From NCBI GenBank assembly GCA_963719465.1, contig OY970386.1:1369471-1433470 (forward strand): a stretch of 64,000 nt of DNA. Reading direction: 5' to 3'. The position numbers and the translations under genes were made by a program. Origin of the DNA: an uncultured Chloroflexia bacterium (GTDB lineage Bacteria; Chloroflexota; Dehalococcoidia; DSTF01; JALHUB01). Of the stretch, positions 29,866-41,261 are shown in pieces. The notes under the pieces were generated by a model. The model did not search any database. It was not told the origin of the DNA and saw only the letters and a program-made list of their open reading frames with translations. How positions within the stretch are numbered: the stretch's first letter is position 1; every line of letters starts with the position of its first letter.

Positions 29866-30414
29866 TTAGCTCTTGGCCGCCTTGCCGGCTTTGCCCGCCT
29901 TGCGGCGGACGTATTCGCCGGCGTAGCGGATACCTTTTCCCTTGTACGGTTCGGGCGGCCGCAGCGCCCTGATGTCCGCGGCTACCTGCCCGACCTGCTC
30001 CTTATCGCGGCCCAGGACGCGGAGCCGGCCCGTCCCCTCCATCTGGAAGGTGATCCCGTCCGGCGGCGCGACTTCGACAGGGTGCGAGTAGCCGAGGCTC
30101 AGCACGAGGTTGGGGCCGCGCATCTCGCCGCGGTAGCCGACGCCGTGCAACTCCAGCATCTTGGCGAAGCCGGTGTCGACGCCGGTGACCATGTTGGCGA
30201 TGAGGGCGCGGGTGAGGCCGTGGAGCGCGCGCTCTCGCGGGGCGTCGCCGGCGCGGCTGACGAGCACCTCGTTGTTCTCCAGCCGCAGCTCCATCTCCGG
30301 CGAGAACTCGCGCGAGAGCTCGCCACCGGGCCCGTGCACGGTGACGCGGTTGCCGTCGATCTCGACGTTCACTTTGGCCGGCACCGGGATGGGCATTCGC
30401 CCTACGCGAGACAT
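29866..30414 (-). CDS. rplF: 50S ribosomal protein L6
   Basis: 182 aa, canonical. Confidence 0.95.
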   Translation of the reverse strand: MSRVGRMPIPVPAKVNVEIDGNRVTVHGPGGELSREFSPEMELRLENNEVLVSRAGDAPRERALHGLTRALIANMVTGVDTGFAKMLELHGVGYRGEMRGPNLVLSLGYSHPVEVAPPDGITFQMEGTGRLRVLGRDKEQVGQVAADIRALRPPEPYKGKGIRYAGEYVRRKAGKAGKAAKS

Positions 30415-30433
30415 TTCGACTCCTCTGCTTCCC

Positions 30434-30832
30434 CTACCATACGTAGCAAATCACTTCGCCGCCGATGTGGCGATGCCATGCCTGCTGACCGGTCATGACG
30501 CCCTGCGGAGTCGACAGTATCGCGATTCCGAGACCGCCGTAGACGCGTGGTATCTCCCTGTTCTGCACGTATACGCGCAGGCCGGGCTTGCTCACGCGCT
30601 GAAGCCCGGTCAGGACGGGCTCCTTCTTCCCCGTGTAGGCGAGGCGAATGCGAAGGAAGCGCCGCTGCCCGTCTGCGATCTCTTCGAAGTCCTTGACGAA
30701 GCCCTCGTCTTTAAGGACGCGCGCTATAGAGATCTTCATCTTGGAGCTTGGCAGCTTCAACTCGTCGTGCCTGGCCATGATGGCATTGCGAATGCGTGTG
30801 AGCATATCGGCGATGGGATCGGTCATGTTCAT
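30434..30832 (-). CDS. rpsH: 30S ribosomal protein S8
   Basis: Canonical S8 from [17 protein letters not shown]; the track ORF extends 14 codons further upstream. Confidence 0.9.
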   Translation of the reverse strand: MNMTDPIADMLTRIRNAIMARHDELKLPSSKMKISIARVLKDEGFVKDFEEIADGQRRFLRIRLAYTGKKEPVLTGLQRVSKPGLRVYVQNREIPRVYGGLGIAILSTPQGVMTGQQAWHRHIGGEVICYVW

Positions 30833-30892
30833 GCCTTCGCCCCCTCGGGAAAGTAGTTCCGCTGGCCTTTGCACGAAGTCACCTTCTCTCTC

Positions 30893-31078
30893 CTACCAGC
30901 TCGACTTCTTGACGCCGGGCAACTGGCCCTCTAAGGCCAGGTGGCGGAAACAGATGCGGCACATGCCGAACATACGCATATAGGCCCGCGGCCTGCCGCA
31001 GACGCGACAGCGGTTCTTCTGACGCGTCGAGTACTTAGGCGGCCGTCGGGAGGCAACTATCTTCGAAGTTTTAGCCAC
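30893..31078 (-). CDS. rpsN: 30S ribosomal protein S14, type Z (zinc-binding)
   Basis: 61 aa with a CRVCG...CRICFR Cys4 motif. Confidence 0.95.
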   Translation of the reverse strand: MAKTSKIVASRRPPKYSTRQKNRCRVCGRPRAYMRMFGMCRICFRHLALEGQLPGVKKSSW

Positions 31079-31101
31079 TACCTGCTCCTCTAACTCGCAT
31101 C

Positions 31102-31650
31102 TCAGTTATGGCTGAAAGGCATTCCCAGCAACTGCAAGAGGCGCTTGCCTTCCTCGTCGCTGCGGGCGGTCGTTACGATGATGATTTGCATGCCGCGAAT
31201 TCGGTCTATCTTGTCGAACTCGATCTCCGGGAAGATCAACTGCTCCTTCAGACCAAGGCTGTAGTTCCCACGCCCGTCGAACGCCTTAGTCGACACGCCG
31301 TGGAAGTCCCGGATACGCGGCAAGGCGGCGTTGACCAGACGGTCATAGAACTCCCACATGCGGTCGCCGCGGACGGTAACGCTGAGGCCGATCGGGTTGC
31401 CCTGGCGCACCTTGAAGTTGGCGATGGAGCGCTTGGCACGATTAGCGATCGGCTTTTGGCCGGTGATCGTGGCGATGTCGGCGCTGGCGGCGTCCATGGC
31501 GCGCGGATTCTGGAGCGCCTCGCCGAGACCGATGTTGACGACGATCTTCTCCAGCCGTGGCACCTCCATGACACCGCTGTAGCTGAACTCCTTGGTCAGT
31601 GCCGGCGTCACTTCGTGGCGGTAGAATTCCTTCAATCTCGGCGGCAACAA
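31102..31650 (-). CDS. rplE: 50S ribosomal protein L5
   Basis: 182 aa, canonical. Confidence 0.95.
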   Translation of the reverse strand: MLPPRLKEFYRHEVTPALTKEFSYSGVMEVPRLEKIVVNIGLGEALQNPRAMDAASADIATITGQKPIANRAKRSIANFKVRQGNPIGLSVTVRGDRMWEFYDRLVNAALPRIRDFHGVSTKAFDGRGNYSLGLKEQLIFPEIEFDKIDRIRGMQIIIVTTARSDEEGKRLLQLLGMPFSHN

Positions 31651-31656
31651 TCGCTC

Positions 31657-31971
31657 CTAATCAATGAACTGCCCGCACTTGCGGCAGACGCGTGATTTGT
31701 GACCGTCGGGTCGAATGCCGAATCCGACTCGCGCCGGCTTTCGACAGCTCTTGCAGACGAGCATCACCCTGGAGACGGGAATCGGCGCTTCCTTTTCGAT
31801 GATGCCGGCCTGCGTCCCCTGGGCCTTCGGCTTCTGGTGCTTCTTTACGACGTTGACGCCCTGTACTATTACGCGGCTCTCTCGCGCCAGCACCGTGCGG
31901 ACGGTTCCCTGCTTGCCGCGGTCCCTTCCCCCGATGACCAGCACCTGGTCGTCGCGCTTTATCTTGTTCAT
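31657..31971 (-). CDS. rplX: 50S ribosomal protein L24 with a C-terminal CxxC...CxxC zinc-ribbon extension
   Basis: KOW motif [13 protein letters not shown]; C-terminal CKSCRK...CRKCG. Confidence 0.9.
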   Translation of the reverse strand: MNKIKRDDQVLVIGGRDRGKQGTVRTVLARESRVIVQGVNVVKKHQKPKAQGTQAGIIEKEAPIPVSRVMLVCKSCRKPARVGFGIRPDGHKSRVCRKCGQFID

Positions 31972-31974
31972 TGC

Positions 31975-32343
31975 TTACACGACCTCCGGCGCCAGCGAGA
32001 CGATCTTCATGAAGTTCCGCTCGCGCAGCTCGCGGGCGACGGGGCCGAAGATGCGGGTACCCTTGGGGTTCTCCTTATCGCTTAGGATGACGGCAGCGTT
32101 GTCGTCGAAACGAATGTAGGAGCCGTCCTTACGCCCGTAGGTCTTCGCCGTTCGCACGATGACCGCCTTGACGACTTCGCCCTTCTTGACACTGCCGCCC
32201 GGCTGCGCTTGCTTGACGCTGGCCACGATCACGTCGCCGACGCGGGCGTAGCGACGCCCCGTGCCGCCGGAGACGTGAATGCACATTATCTGGCGAGCGC
32301 CGCTGTTATCGGCGACTTTCAAGCGTGAATAGATCTGAATCAT
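31975..32343 (-). CDS. rplN: 50S ribosomal protein L14
   Basis: 122 aa, canonical. Confidence 0.95.
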   Translation of the reverse strand: MIQIYSRLKVADNSGARQIMCIHVSGGTGRRYARVGDVIVASVKQAQPGGSVKKGEVVKAVIVRTAKTYGRKDGSYIRFDDNAAVILSDKENPKGTRIFGPVARELRERNFMKIVSLAPEVV

Positions 32344-32855
32344 TCCTCTGCCTGTTCTGCCTGTTCCGTCGCTTCCGCTTCAACTTCCGCCGCCGCGACC
32401 TCCGGCTCGGCTTCCGACTGGGCCGCTGGCGCCTCTTCGGCAACTGCCGGCGTTTCCGCCTCCTCGGCGACCGGCGTCTCCACGGTCTCTTCAGTCGCGG
32501 GCGTTTGCGCTGGGGCGGGCGCTTCTTGCGTCATCGCTCTTTCCGTGTGCGGCCGCTCGATTCCGAGCAGAGACGCATCGATCTCACGCGGAGCGATCTC
32601 GGCCACTTCGCGACGGGTGACGATCTCCGCCAGCCGCCAGCGCTTTTCCCGCGAGAGGGGCCGACTTTCGACTATGCGGACGATGTCGCCTGTCTTGGCG
32701 AGCTTGTTGCCGTCGTGGACCTTGTAGCGCGTGGTCAGGCGCACCGTCTTGTTGTAGAGCGGATGCCGTTTGCGTCTCTCCACGGCGACGACGAGCGTCT
32801 TCTGCATCTTGTCACTCACTACAACGCCCAGTCGCGATTTTCGGCGAGTGTACAT
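32340..32855 (-). CDS. rpsQ: 30S ribosomal protein S17 with a ~85-aa acidic Ala/Glu/Thr/Pro-rich C-terminal extension
   Basis: The N-terminal ~85 aa are canonical S17; the tail is low complexity ([25 protein letters not shown]...). Confidence 0.9.
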   Translation of the reverse strand: MYTRRKSRLGVVVSDKMQKTLVVAVERRKRHPLYNKTVRLTTRYKVHDGNKLAKTGDIVRIVESRPLSREKRWRLAEIVTRREVAEIAPREIDASLLGIERPHTERAMTQEAPAPAQTPATEETVETPVAEEAETPAVAEEAPAAQSEAEPEVAAAEVEAEATEQAEQAEE

Positions 32856-32858
32856 CTC

Positions 32859-33104
32859 TTAGCTCTCTTTTCCCTGCGCCGCTTCCCAGGCGGCCGCCAG
32901 CTCGCGGGCCCGCTGGAAGGTCTTGATGCGGGCGATCTGGTGGCGGGCCTTGGGCAGCTCGCGATGGTTGGCAAGCTGTCGCGTGGAGAGCTTGAGGCGG
33001 AGTGTGAAGAGCTGCCGGTAGGTCTCTTCCAGCCGGCGGGCGAGCTCTTCATCGGAAAGGGCGCGCAACTCTTCGGGAACGGTCTTCTTGCGACGGCGCG
33101 CCAT
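32859..33104 (-). CDS. rpmC: 50S ribosomal protein L29
   Basis: 81 aa, canonical. Confidence 0.9.
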   Translation of the reverse strand: MARRRKKTVPEELRALSDEELARRLEETYRQLFTLRLKLSTRQLANHRELPKARHQIARIKTFQRARELAAAWEAAQGKES

Positions 33105-33105
33105 T

Positions 33106-33525
33106 CTATACTCCCTCGTGCTCTCTCACGACAAAGCGTGTCTCGATTGGCAGCTTGTGCGCGGCCAGCCGCATCGCCTCGTGGGCGATGTCCTGGCGTA
33201 CGCCTGAAAGCTCGAAAAGCATGCGACCCGGCTTGATGACGGCGACCCAGCGGTCCGTGGCACCCTTTCCGCTTCCCATGCGCGTCTCCGCCGGCTTGGC
33301 CGACACCGGCTTGTCCGGGAAGATGCGTATCCAAACCTTGCCGCCGCGGCGGATGTGGTGGGTTATGGCGCGGCGGGCTGCCTCGATCTGGCGGCTGTCC
33401 ACCCAGGCGCACTCAAGGGCCTGCAGGCCGAACTCACCGAAGGTAACTTCGTTCCCTCCGGGCGCGCGACCCCTCATTTTCCCTCGATGCTGCTTGCGAT
33501 GCTTGACTCGCTTCGGTTGAAGCAT
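33106..33525 (-). CDS. rplP: 50S ribosomal protein L16
   Basis: 139 aa, canonical. Confidence 0.95.
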   Translation of the reverse strand: MLQPKRVKHRKQHRGKMRGRAPGGNEVTFGEFGLQALECAWVDSRQIEAARRAITHHIRRGGKVWIRIFPDKPVSAKPAETRMGSGKGATDRWVAVIKPGRMLFELSGVRQDIAHEAMRLAAHKLPIETRFVVREHEGV

Positions 33526-33528
33526 CTC

Positions 33529-34290
33529 CTACTCCGATGCCGTTTCTTCCGTTGCCGGCGCCGCGGCCTCTTCGCTCACGCTGGCCGTCGCCTCCGCCAG
33601 AACGGGCGCCTCTTCTTCAGCCGGCGGCGCTGCTTCCGCTACAGGAGCAGGAACGGCCTTTGGCTCGGGAAGAATCTCGCCCTTGTATATCCAGACCTTG
33701 ACGCCGATGCGACCGAATGTTGTGGCCGCCTCGGCTGTTCCGTAGTCGATGTTGGCGCGAAGGGTGTGCAACGGCACGCGCCCCGACTTCTCGGTCTCGC
33801 GACGCGACATCTCCGCGCCGCCGAGCCGGCCGCCGACGATTATCTTTACGCCCTCAGCACCCCGCTGCATGGTGCGCGTCACCGCCTGCTTCATAGCCCG
33901 GCGGTGGGAGACGCGGCGCTCGAGCTGCTCGGCGACGCTGCGGGCGACGAGCGTGGAGTCGAGCTCCGGCTGGCGGATCTCGACGATATTCACTCGCACG
34001 CGCCTGCCGGTCAGCGTCTCCAGGCGCTGGCGCAGCTCGTCGACCTTCTGGCCGCCGCGGCCGATGACGATGCCGGGACGGGCAGTATGGACGGTCACGA
34101 GCACCATGTTGGCGTTGCGGTCGATTTCGACCTTTGAGACGCCGGCGTCGCGCAAGGTTTTCGCGATTGAGGTTCGGATGGAGAGGTCCTCGTGGACGAG
34201 GTCGCTGTAATGGCGGTCGGCATACCACTTGCTCTGCCAGCCGAAGATGACGCCCAGTCGGAACCCCATCGGATGAACCTTGTGACCCAC
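33529..34290 (-). CDS. rpsC: 30S ribosomal protein S3 with an acidic Ala/Pro/Glu-rich C-terminal tail
   Basis: 253 aa; KH/S3-C domains followed by a low-complexity tail. Confidence 0.95.
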   Translation of the reverse strand: MGHKVHPMGFRLGVIFGWQSKWYADRHYSDLVHEDLSIRTSIAKTLRDAGVSKVEIDRNANMVLVTVHTARPGIVIGRGGQKVDELRQRLETLTGRRVRVNIVEIRQPELDSTLVARSVAEQLERRVSHRRAMKQAVTRTMQRGAEGVKIIVGGRLGGAEMSRRETEKSGRVPLHTLRANIDYGTAEAATTFGRIGVKVWIYKGEILPEPKAVPAPVAEAAPPAEEEAPVLAEATASVSEEAAAPATEETASE

Positions 34291-34291
34291 T

Positions 34292-34627
34292 CTATTCCTC
34301 CTCTTCGACGATCACGGTTATGTGGCTGCCGCGATGCAGGATTCGCGTTCCCCGGCCACGCGCGCGCGGTCGCATTCGCTTGAAGGTCGGCGCCGCGTCG
34401 GCGAAGGCGGCCTTGATTCGCAGGTCGCCGGGCGCGATCTGGAAGTTGTTCTCGGCGTTGGCGGCGGCCGACTTCACGACTTTTTCGACGTGGCGGGCGC
34501 TGGGCATGGGCATATAGCGGAGCATGCTGAGAGCATCATCCACCCGCTTGCCCGGCAGGTGCTCCAGAATCAGGCGCACCTTCCGCGGCGATACGCGAAC
34601 TTGCTTTGCCCTGGCGCTTATTTCCAT
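34292..34627 (-). CDS. rplV: 50S ribosomal protein L22
   Basis: 111 aa, canonical. Confidence 0.95.
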   Translation of the reverse strand: MEISARAKQVRVSPRKVRLILEHLPGKRVDDALSMLRYMPMPSARHVEKVVKSAAANAENNFQIAPGDLRIKAAFADAAPTFKRMRPRARGRGTRILHRGSHITVIVEEEE

Positions 34628-34643
34628 TTATCCGTTTCCCGTC

Positions 34644-34937
34644 CTATTTCCGGCGGACGACTTTGCTGGTCTGAGCGGAACGGCCGCCATGGCCGCGGAA
34701 GAGCCGCGTGATGGCGAACTCGCCCAGCTTGTGTCCGACCATGTTCTCGGTGATGAAGATGGGCACGTGGCGGCGGCCGTCGTAAACGCCGATCGTCAGT
34801 CCAACCATCTCGGGCATGATGGTCGAGGCGCGCGACCAGGTGCGGATGACGGTGCGCTGGCCGGAGCGACGGATCATATCCGCCCGCTTCATCAGCTTGG
34901 GCTCTACGTATGGTCCCTTCTTAGTCGAACGTGACAC
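34644..34937 (-). CDS. rpsS: 30S ribosomal protein S19
   Basis: 97 aa, canonical. Confidence 0.95.
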   Translation of the reverse strand: MSRSTKKGPYVEPKLMKRADMIRRSGQRTVIRTWSRASTIMPEMVGLTIGVYDGRRHVPIFITENMVGHKLGEFAITRLFRGHGGRSAQTSKVVRRK

Positions 34938-34946
34938 GGCTAGCTC

Positions 34947-35774
34947 CTAGGCCTTGTGCCGGCTTCTGACAATGTACTTATCGCTATCGGTCCGACGCCG
35001 CGTCCGCAGGCCGCGGGCTGGCTTGCCCCAGGGCGTCTTCGGGCTGGGCATGCCGATGGGCGCCTTGCCCTCGCCGCCGCCATGGGGGTGGTCGCGTGGC
35101 GTCATGGCCGAGCCGCGGACGGCCGGCCGCCGGCCTTTCCAGCGTGATCGTCCGGCCTTGCCCAGCTTCACCATGCTGTTCTCGACGTTACTGACCTGTC
35201 CAATCGTCGCGATGCAGTCGATTGGGATGCGCCGAAGCTCTCCGGAGGGCAGCCGCACGAGGGCGAACTCGCCCTCTTTCGCCATGAGCTGCGCCGTCGA
35301 GCCGGCGCTGCGGACGATCTGGCCGCCTCTGCCGGGATGGAGCTCGATGTTGTGAATGGACGTGCCGGTCGGCATGTTGCGCATGGGCAGCGCATTTCCG
35401 AGCTTGATCTCGGCGTTGGGGCCGGCTTCGACGACGTTGTCCGGCTTGAGGCCGAACGGCGCCAGGATGTAGCGCTTGTCGCCGTCGCGATAGTGAATGA
35501 GAGCGATCCGGGCGGTCCGGTTCGGATCGTACTCGATGCTGGCGACGCGGCCGGGCACGCCGGTCTTGTCGCGCTTGAAATCGATTATGCGTAGGCGTCG
35601 CTTCGTGCCGCCGCGGTGCCGGACCGTTATGCGGCCCTGGTTGCTGCGGCCGGCCTTGCTCTTGAGCGGCGCGAGCAATGATTTCTCCGGCCGCTTCTTG
35701 GTGACCTCCTCGAAGGTGAAGCCGGTCATGCCGCGGCGCCCCGGCGAGGTGGGCTTGTACTGCTTAACAGGCAT
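34947..35774 (-). CDS. rplB: 50S ribosomal protein L2
   Basis: 275 aa, canonical. Confidence 0.95.
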   Translation of the reverse strand: MPVKQYKPTSPGRRGMTGFTFEEVTKKRPEKSLLAPLKSKAGRSNQGRITVRHRGGTKRRLRIIDFKRDKTGVPGRVASIEYDPNRTARIALIHYRDGDKRYILAPFGLKPDNVVEAGPNAEIKLGNALPMRNMPTGTSIHNIELHPGRGGQIVRSAGSTAQLMAKEGEFALVRLPSGELRRIPIDCIATIGQVSNVENSMVKLGKAGRSRWKGRRPAVRGSAMTPRDHPHGGGEGKAPIGMPSPKTPWGKPARGLRTRRRTDSDKYIVRSRHKA

Positions 35775-35804
35775 CGAATCTGCCTCGTGTCATGGTTGCT
35801 GTCA

Positions 35805-36101
35805 TCAGACGCCCTCGATGATCTCGATCTTGTGGCCGGGCTTGAGCGTCACGACGGCCTTCTTCCAGTCAGGAGAGGCGCCGACGCCTCTTAGATTGCG
35901 TCTGGCCTTGCCACGGACGTTCATGACGTTTACGGCCTTCACCTCAACATCGAACGCGAGCTCCACCGCCGCCTTGATCTGGTGCTTGTTGGCGGCGCGG
36001 GCGACGCGGAAGGCGTACTGGCCCTGGCCCGCCAGGACAGTGCTCTTCTCGGTGACGAGCGGCCGCAGGATTACGGCATAGGGATGCAGCTCTTTAGGCA
36101 T
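35805..36101 (-). CDS. rplW: 50S ribosomal protein L23
   Basis: 98 aa, canonical. Confidence 0.9.
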   Translation of the reverse strand: MPKELHPYAVILRPLVTEKSTVLAGQGQYAFRVARAANKHQIKAAVELAFDVEVKAVNVMNVRGKARRNLRGVGASPDWKKAVVTLKPGHKIEIIEGV

Positions 36102-36957
36102 CTGTCGCCTCCGATTCGCCTGCGGTCTTTCGACGCCTGCGCGTCGCGGGCCTCTCGGCTGGCGCTTCCGTCGCTGGCTTGCGCCGTCGTCGAGCGGCCG
36201 GCTTTTCGGCTACCGCTGTTTCGACGGGTGCGGCAACTGCGACGCGGCGCCGCGTCCGCCCGGGGGCGGACGGAGCCCGTTCTGCGGCGGGCTCTGGCCC
36301 CGCCGCCAGCGGGGCCCGGCGCCGCACGGCGCGTTCGCCTCCCCACAGGCGCTCCGCCTGGCGCACCGCGCCCACCGTCATCAGCAGGTCCCGGTGCGAC
36401 AGCATGTCTCCCACGTTCAAATACGGCGCCGGCAACACGTCCACCTTTTGAAGGTTGTGGGCGCTCACCTTGACGCCGTTGTCGGAGTTCTCGGTTACGA
36501 CGAGGGTCGAACGGTCCAATCCCAGCGCCTGGAGAACGGCGGCCATGTCCTTCGTGCGCGGCGGCTCGAAGGTCAACGCGTCGAGGACTCGCAGCGATCC
36601 TTCCGCGACCTTGGTCGACAGCACCGACCGGATAGCCAGACGACGCATTCGCTTCGGCAGCCGCTGGTCAAAGCTCCGCGGCTTTGGGCCGAAGACGATA
36701 CCCCCGTGTCGGATGGCGGGTGAGCGCGCGGCCCCGAGACGGGCGCGGCCGATTCCTTTTTGCCGTCGAATCTTCGCTGTGCTGCCAGCGACCTCTCCGC
36801 GCGTCTTCGAGTTCGCCGTGCCGGTGCGTCGGTTCGCGAGCTGGGCCAGGAGCGCCTGATGGATGACGGGCTGGTTTGGCTCGATTCCGAATACGGCGGC
36901 ATCCGCCTCGATTGAGTCGACCTCTTTGCCTTCCCGGTTGACAACTTCCAGCTTCAT
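36094..36957 (-). CDS. rplD: 50S ribosomal protein L4 with a ~80-aa basic Ala/Pro/Arg-rich C-terminal extension
   Basis: Canonical L4 core (~205 aa), then a tail rich in RRRRK/PATEAPAERPATRRRRK repeats. Confidence 0.9.
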   Translation of the reverse strand: MKLEVVNREGKEVDSIEADAAVFGIEPNQPVIHQALLAQLANRRTGTANSKTRGEVAGSTAKIRRQKGIGRARLGAARSPAIRHGGIVFGPKPRSFDQRLPKRMRRLAIRSVLSTKVAEGSLRVLDALTFEPPRTKDMAAVLQALGLDRSTLVVTENSDNGVKVSAHNLQKVDVLPAPYLNVGDMLSHRDLLMTVGAVRQAERLWGGERAVRRRAPLAAGPEPAAERAPSAPGRTRRRVAVAAPVETAVAEKPAARRRRKPATEAPAERPATRRRRKTAGESEATDA

Positions 36958-36981
36958 CGCTCGTTTCTCAAATACTCGCGC

Positions 36982-37641
36982 CTATTGCGCTTTGGCCGCC
37001 GCCTTGGCGCGGGCGCGTTCCGTCTTCGCCGCCAGCCGGATGCGCAGGAGCCCGTTCTTCCCGCCGGGCACCGCGCCTTCGATAAAGAGCAGCCCCTTGG
37101 CCGGATCGCTTTCCACGATACGCAGATTGCGCACCGTGATGCGGGCGTCGCCCAGGTGGCCCGCCATATGCAGTCCCTTGCGCACGTGCCCCGGCGAGTT
37201 TCCCGGCCCGATGGAGCCTGGCGCTCGCGTCCGGTCCGACTGACCGTGGGTGCGCGGTCCGCCGCGGAACCCCCAGCGCCTGACGCCGCCGGCGAAACCG
37301 CGCCCTTTGGAGACGCCGGTCACGTCAACGTGGTCGCCGGTCTGGAAGAGCTCCGCGCCCACCTTTTGTCCCGCCTTCCACTGCGACGGGTCGTCAACCT
37401 TCACCTCGCGCAAGTGGCGGAACTCGCCCAGGCCGCGGAAATGACCTTTCATCGGCTGGTTGACTCGTTTAACGGTGCCCAAGCCCAACTGGACGGCAGC
37501 GTAGCCGTCGCTTTTCGCCGACTTGACCTGGACGACCGTGCAGGGGCCGGCCTCGACGACGGTTACGCCGTGGACTTCGCCCTTCTCGTCGAAGAGCTGA
37601 GTCATGCCGATCTTTCTGCCGATTATTCCTTCGATATCCAT
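36982..37641 (-). CDS. rplC: 50S ribosomal protein L3
   Basis: 219 aa, canonical. Confidence 0.95.
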   Translation of the reverse strand: MDIEGIIGRKIGMTQLFDEKGEVHGVTVVEAGPCTVVQVKSAKSDGYAAVQLGLGTVKRVNQPMKGHFRGLGEFRHLREVKVDDPSQWKAGQKVGAELFQTGDHVDVTGVSKGRGFAGGVRRWGFRGGPRTHGQSDRTRAPGSIGPGNSPGHVRKGLHMAGHLGDARITVRNLRIVESDPAKGLLFIEGAVPGGKNGLLRIRLAAKTERARAKAAAKAQ

Positions 37642-37952
37642 TACAGCTTGATCTCGATGTCCACGCCGGCGGGAAGTTGCAGTCGCATTAGCGTATCCAC
37701 CGTCTTCGCCGTCGGTTCCAGGATGTCTATCAATCGCTTATGAGTCCGAATCTCGAACTGCTCCCGCGAGTCCTTGTCGATGACCGGAGAGCGAATTACC
37801 GTGAACTTCTTGATTTCTGTGGGCAGCGGGATGGGGCCGGCCACGGCGGCGCCCGTCCGCTCTGCTGCCTCCACAATCTGGCTTGCGGACTGATCGAGGA
37901 GCCGGTGGTCGTAGCCCTTCAGCCTGATCCGTATCTTTTGCCTTGAAACCAT
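37641..37952 (-). CDS. rpsJ: 30S ribosomal protein S10
   Basis: 103 aa, canonical. Confidence 0.95.
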   Translation of the reverse strand: MVSRQKIRIRLKGYDHRLLDQSASQIVEAAERTGAAVAGPIPLPTEIKKFTVIRSPVIDKDSREQFEIRTHKRLIDILEPTAKTVDTLMRLQLPAGVDIEIKL

Positions 37953-37997
37953 GTTAAGCTGCCCCGTCCACTAGAACCTGACGATCTTCGGACCCCT

Positions 37998-40086
37998 TTA
38001 AGCCCTCGCCGGCCGCCTGGCGCGAACGCCGAGCTTTTCGACGACCGCGGGCGGCACCTCTTCGTAATGGTCGAACTCCATGTTGTGGCTTGCTCGTCCC
38101 TGCGAAAGCGACCTCAACTCTGTTGCGTAGCCAAATGTCTCTGCTAGCGGCACCAGCGCACGCACAACCTGCAGGCCGCCGCGCGACTCGACGCCAATGA
38201 CGTGACCGCGACGGCCATTGACATCGGCGAGAATATCGCCGAAGAAATCCTCCGGCGTCAGCACTTCGACTTTCATGATCGGTTCCAGGAGAACGGCATC
38301 GCCATGCTCGAGCGCCTTTCGCATGCCCATCGAGCCGGCCATGCGGAACGAAAGCTCCGACGAGTCAACCTCGTGGTAGGCGCCGTCGACCAGCGCTACT
38401 CTGACGTCAATGACGGGGTAGCTGGCGACCGGGCCGTTCTCCAGCGCCTCGTTGACGCCGGCGCGGACCGCAGAAATGAACTCGCGCGGGACTACGCCGC
38501 CGACCGTTTTGTCGACGAACTCGAAGCCGGCGCCGCGCTCTCTCGGCTCGACCTCCAGCCAGACGTCGCCGTACTGACCTCGGCCGCCGGTCTGCCGTAC
38601 GAAACGTCCCTCGGCGCGGGTGGCGGACCGGATCGTCTCCTTGTATGCGACCTCCGGCTTGCCGACATTGGCGTCGACGCGGAACTCGCGAAGCATGCGG
38701 TCGACGATCACCTCCAGGTGCAACTCGCCCATGCCGGAGATGATGGTCTGGCCGGTATCAGCGTCGTAGCGCGTGCGGAAAGTGGGGTCTTCCTCCGCCA
38801 GGCGGTTCAACGTCTCGCCCATCCGGTCCTGGTCGTCCTTCGTCTTCGGTTCGATGGCGACGGACAGAACCGGCTCCGGAAAGCGGATCGACTCCAGCAC
38901 TATTGGGTGAGCGCGGTCGCACAGAGTGTCGCCGGTGAACGTATTCTTCAGGCCAACTGCGGCGACGATGCCGCCGGCGTGCACCTCGTCGACCTCTTCG
39001 CGGCGGTTGGCGTGCATGCGCAGGATGCGGCCGAATCGTTCCCTCTCGTTGCGGGCGGCGTTCAGAATAGTTGCGCCGACCTTTACCTGGCCGCTGTAGA
39101 CGCGGAAGTAGGCAAGCCGCCCAACATACGGGTCGGCGACGATCTTGAAGGCCAGAGCCGTGAACGGCTCGTTGTCGTCTGCTTTTCGTTGGACTGTCTG
39201 ATTGTTCTTGGGGTTGATTCCGGTCACCGGGGGGACGTTCTACGGGAGCCGGGAGGTAGTCGACGACTGCGTTCAGGAGAGGCTGGACGCCCTTGTTTCG
39301 CAGGGCGGAGCCGCACATTACCGGCGTAATTGCGCCAGCCAGCGTGGCGCGCCTGACCGCCTTCTTCAACTCCAGCGTCGTCAGCCGGTGTCCCTCGACG
39401 TAGCTGATCATCGCCTGGTCGTCCACTTCCGCGAGGGTCTCGGTGAGGCGCTCACGGTAGGGGGCGCACTTCTCGGCCAACTCGTCGCTAAGGGGCAGCA
39501 CGTCGGGGTTCTCGTGGCTTTCCGGCGGGAAGTACCAGGCCTTCTCCTCGACCAGGTCCACCACACCCTCGAAGCCTGCCTCGACGCCTATCGGCACCTG
39601 TATGGCTACCGGCCGCGCGCCCAGGCGCTGCTTCACCATCTCGATGGTGTTCCAGAAGTCCGCGCCGATGCGGTCCATCTTGTTAACGAAGCAGATCCGC
39701 GGCACGCTGTAGCGGTCCGCCTGCCGCCAGACCGTCTCCGACTGGGGCTCGACGCCGGCGACGGCGTCGAAGACGACCACGCCGCCGTCGAGGACGCGCA
39801 GGCTGCGCTCCACCTCGACGGTGAAGTCCACGTGGCCCGGCGTGTCGATGATGTTGATCTGATGGTCGAGCCATTCGCAGGTGGTAGCGGCGGCGGTTAT
39901 GGTGATGCCGCGCTCGCGCTCCTGGGCCATCCAGTCCATTACCGCCGTGCCCTCGTGCACCTCGCCCATCTTGTAGGTGCGGCCGGTGTAAAAGAGGATG
40001 CGCTCAGTGACCGTAGTCTTGCCGGCGTCAATATGGGCAATGATGCCTATGTTGCGTAAGCGCTCGATAGGAAACTGCCTGGCCAT
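37998..40086 (-). CDS. fusA: elongation factor G, with an apparent +1 frameshift at the G6 run 39229-39234
   Basis: The G domain ([25 protein letters not shown]...DYLPAPVE) reads in the frame of track ORF 38758-40128. Domains II-V ([10 protein letters not shown]...[12 protein letters not shown]...) read in the frame of ORF 37998-39227. Removing one G/C from the 6-mer rejoins them as ...[17 protein letters not shown]...; total ~695 aa. Confidence 0.85.
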
Positions 40087-40177
40087 GATTTCTATCCCCC
40101 GCGAACGGGGCTTTGTCGATACGATCAATGTTCTACGTATTGCCTTCGGTTAGAGCGGCGACGCGCGCCGCTCGCGA

Positions 40178-40648
40178 TTACCAGCGATAGTGGACGAAGG
40201 CGCGGTTGGCCTCCGCCATCCTGTGCGTGTCTTCACGCTTCTTGACAGTTGCGCCCTGACCAGAGGCGGCGTCGGCAAGCTCAGCGGCCAGTTTCTCCGC
40301 CATCGAATGCCCCTTGCGGGCGCGGGCGGAAGCGATGAGCCAGCGCATTGCCAGCGTGGCGCGCCTTTCGGGGCGGATGTCCACCGGCACCTGATACGTC
40401 GCGCCGCCTACGCGCCGCGGCTTCACCTCAACGACCGGCGTCACGTTTCGCAGCGCCTGTTGGAACGTGTCGATGGGGTTTCGGCGGTTCTGCGCCTCTA
40501 GCAGCTCCAGCGACTTGTAGACGACGCGTTCCGCCGTGCTCTTTTTGCCGCTATACATGATGCGGTTGATGAAGCGCGAGAGGTCTTCGCTCTGGTACTT
40601 GGCGTCCGGCGCTATGATGCGTTTGACAACTTTGGCCCGCCTTGGCAT
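40178..40648 (-). CDS. rpsG: 30S ribosomal protein S7
   Basis: Canonical S7 from MPRRAKVVKRIIAPD (156 aa); the track ORF is over-extended upstream. Confidence 0.9.
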   Translation of the reverse strand: MPRRAKVVKRIIAPDAKYQSEDLSRFINRIMYSGKKSTAERVVYKSLELLEAQNRRNPIDTFQQALRNVTPVVEVKPRRVGGATYQVPVDIRPERRATLAMRWLIASARARKGHSMAEKLAAELADAASGQGATVKKREDTHRMAEANRAFVHYRW

Positions 40649-40667
40649 GTTCCGCTCTCTCCGCTGT

Positions 40668-41093
40668 CTACTTCGACTTGGCGCCGGCTTTGCGCGTCCC
40701 GTACTTGCTGCGACCACGATTGCGGCCGTCGACGCCCTGCGCGTCAAGGGCGCCGCGAATGACGTGATAGCGCACACCCGGCAGGTCTTTGACGCGTCCG
40801 CCGCGGATGAGCACGACCGAGTGCTCCTGGAGGCTGTGCCCTTCGCCGGGAATGTACGCCGTCACCTCGATGCCGTTCGTGAGCCGCACGCGGGCAATCT
40901 TCCGCAGAGCGGAATTCGGCTTCTTCGGCGTCATGGTGCGTACCTGAGTGCAGACGCCGCGCTTTTGCGGCGAGCCTTCGCCGCGCTCGGTCCGGTTCTT
41001 AAGGGCGTTGTAGGTAAAACGCAGAGCGGGCGCCTTCGTCTTCTTGACGAGCTTCTTGCGTCCTTTGCGCACTAATTGGCTTATGGTGGGCAC
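40668..41093 (-). CDS. rpsL: 30S ribosomal protein S12 (GTG start)
   Basis: Canonical S12 from (V)[14 protein letters not shown]; the upstream part of track ORF 40668-41198 is leader, not coding. Confidence 0.9.
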   Translation of the reverse strand: MPTISQLVRKGRKKLVKKTKAPALRFTYNALKNRTERGEGSPQKRGVCTQVRTMTPKKPNSALRKIARVRLTNGIEVTAYIPGEGHSLQEHSVVLIRGGRVKDLPGVRYHVIRGALDAQGVDGRNRGRSKYGTRKAGAKSK

Positions 41094-41261
41094 GCGCTTA
41101 CCTCTCTCAGGAATCTTGGACTGGCCTGCTCTCAGACAACAAAAAGGCCGAAAACCTGATTCTGAGCCAGTACAGCGTGAAGCGCCGTGGCGCTTCACTA
41201 TCGCTGACCGTAGTCAATTCGAGGTCTTTCGACCTTGCTTTGCTCTGTCGCTCAGCGCCAA

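Noticed and set aside
40668-41198. 177-aa ORF called in the track for rpsL
   Set aside because: Only the downstream 141 codons from the GTG at ~41093 match S12. The N-terminal 35 codons translate leader/promoter DNA.
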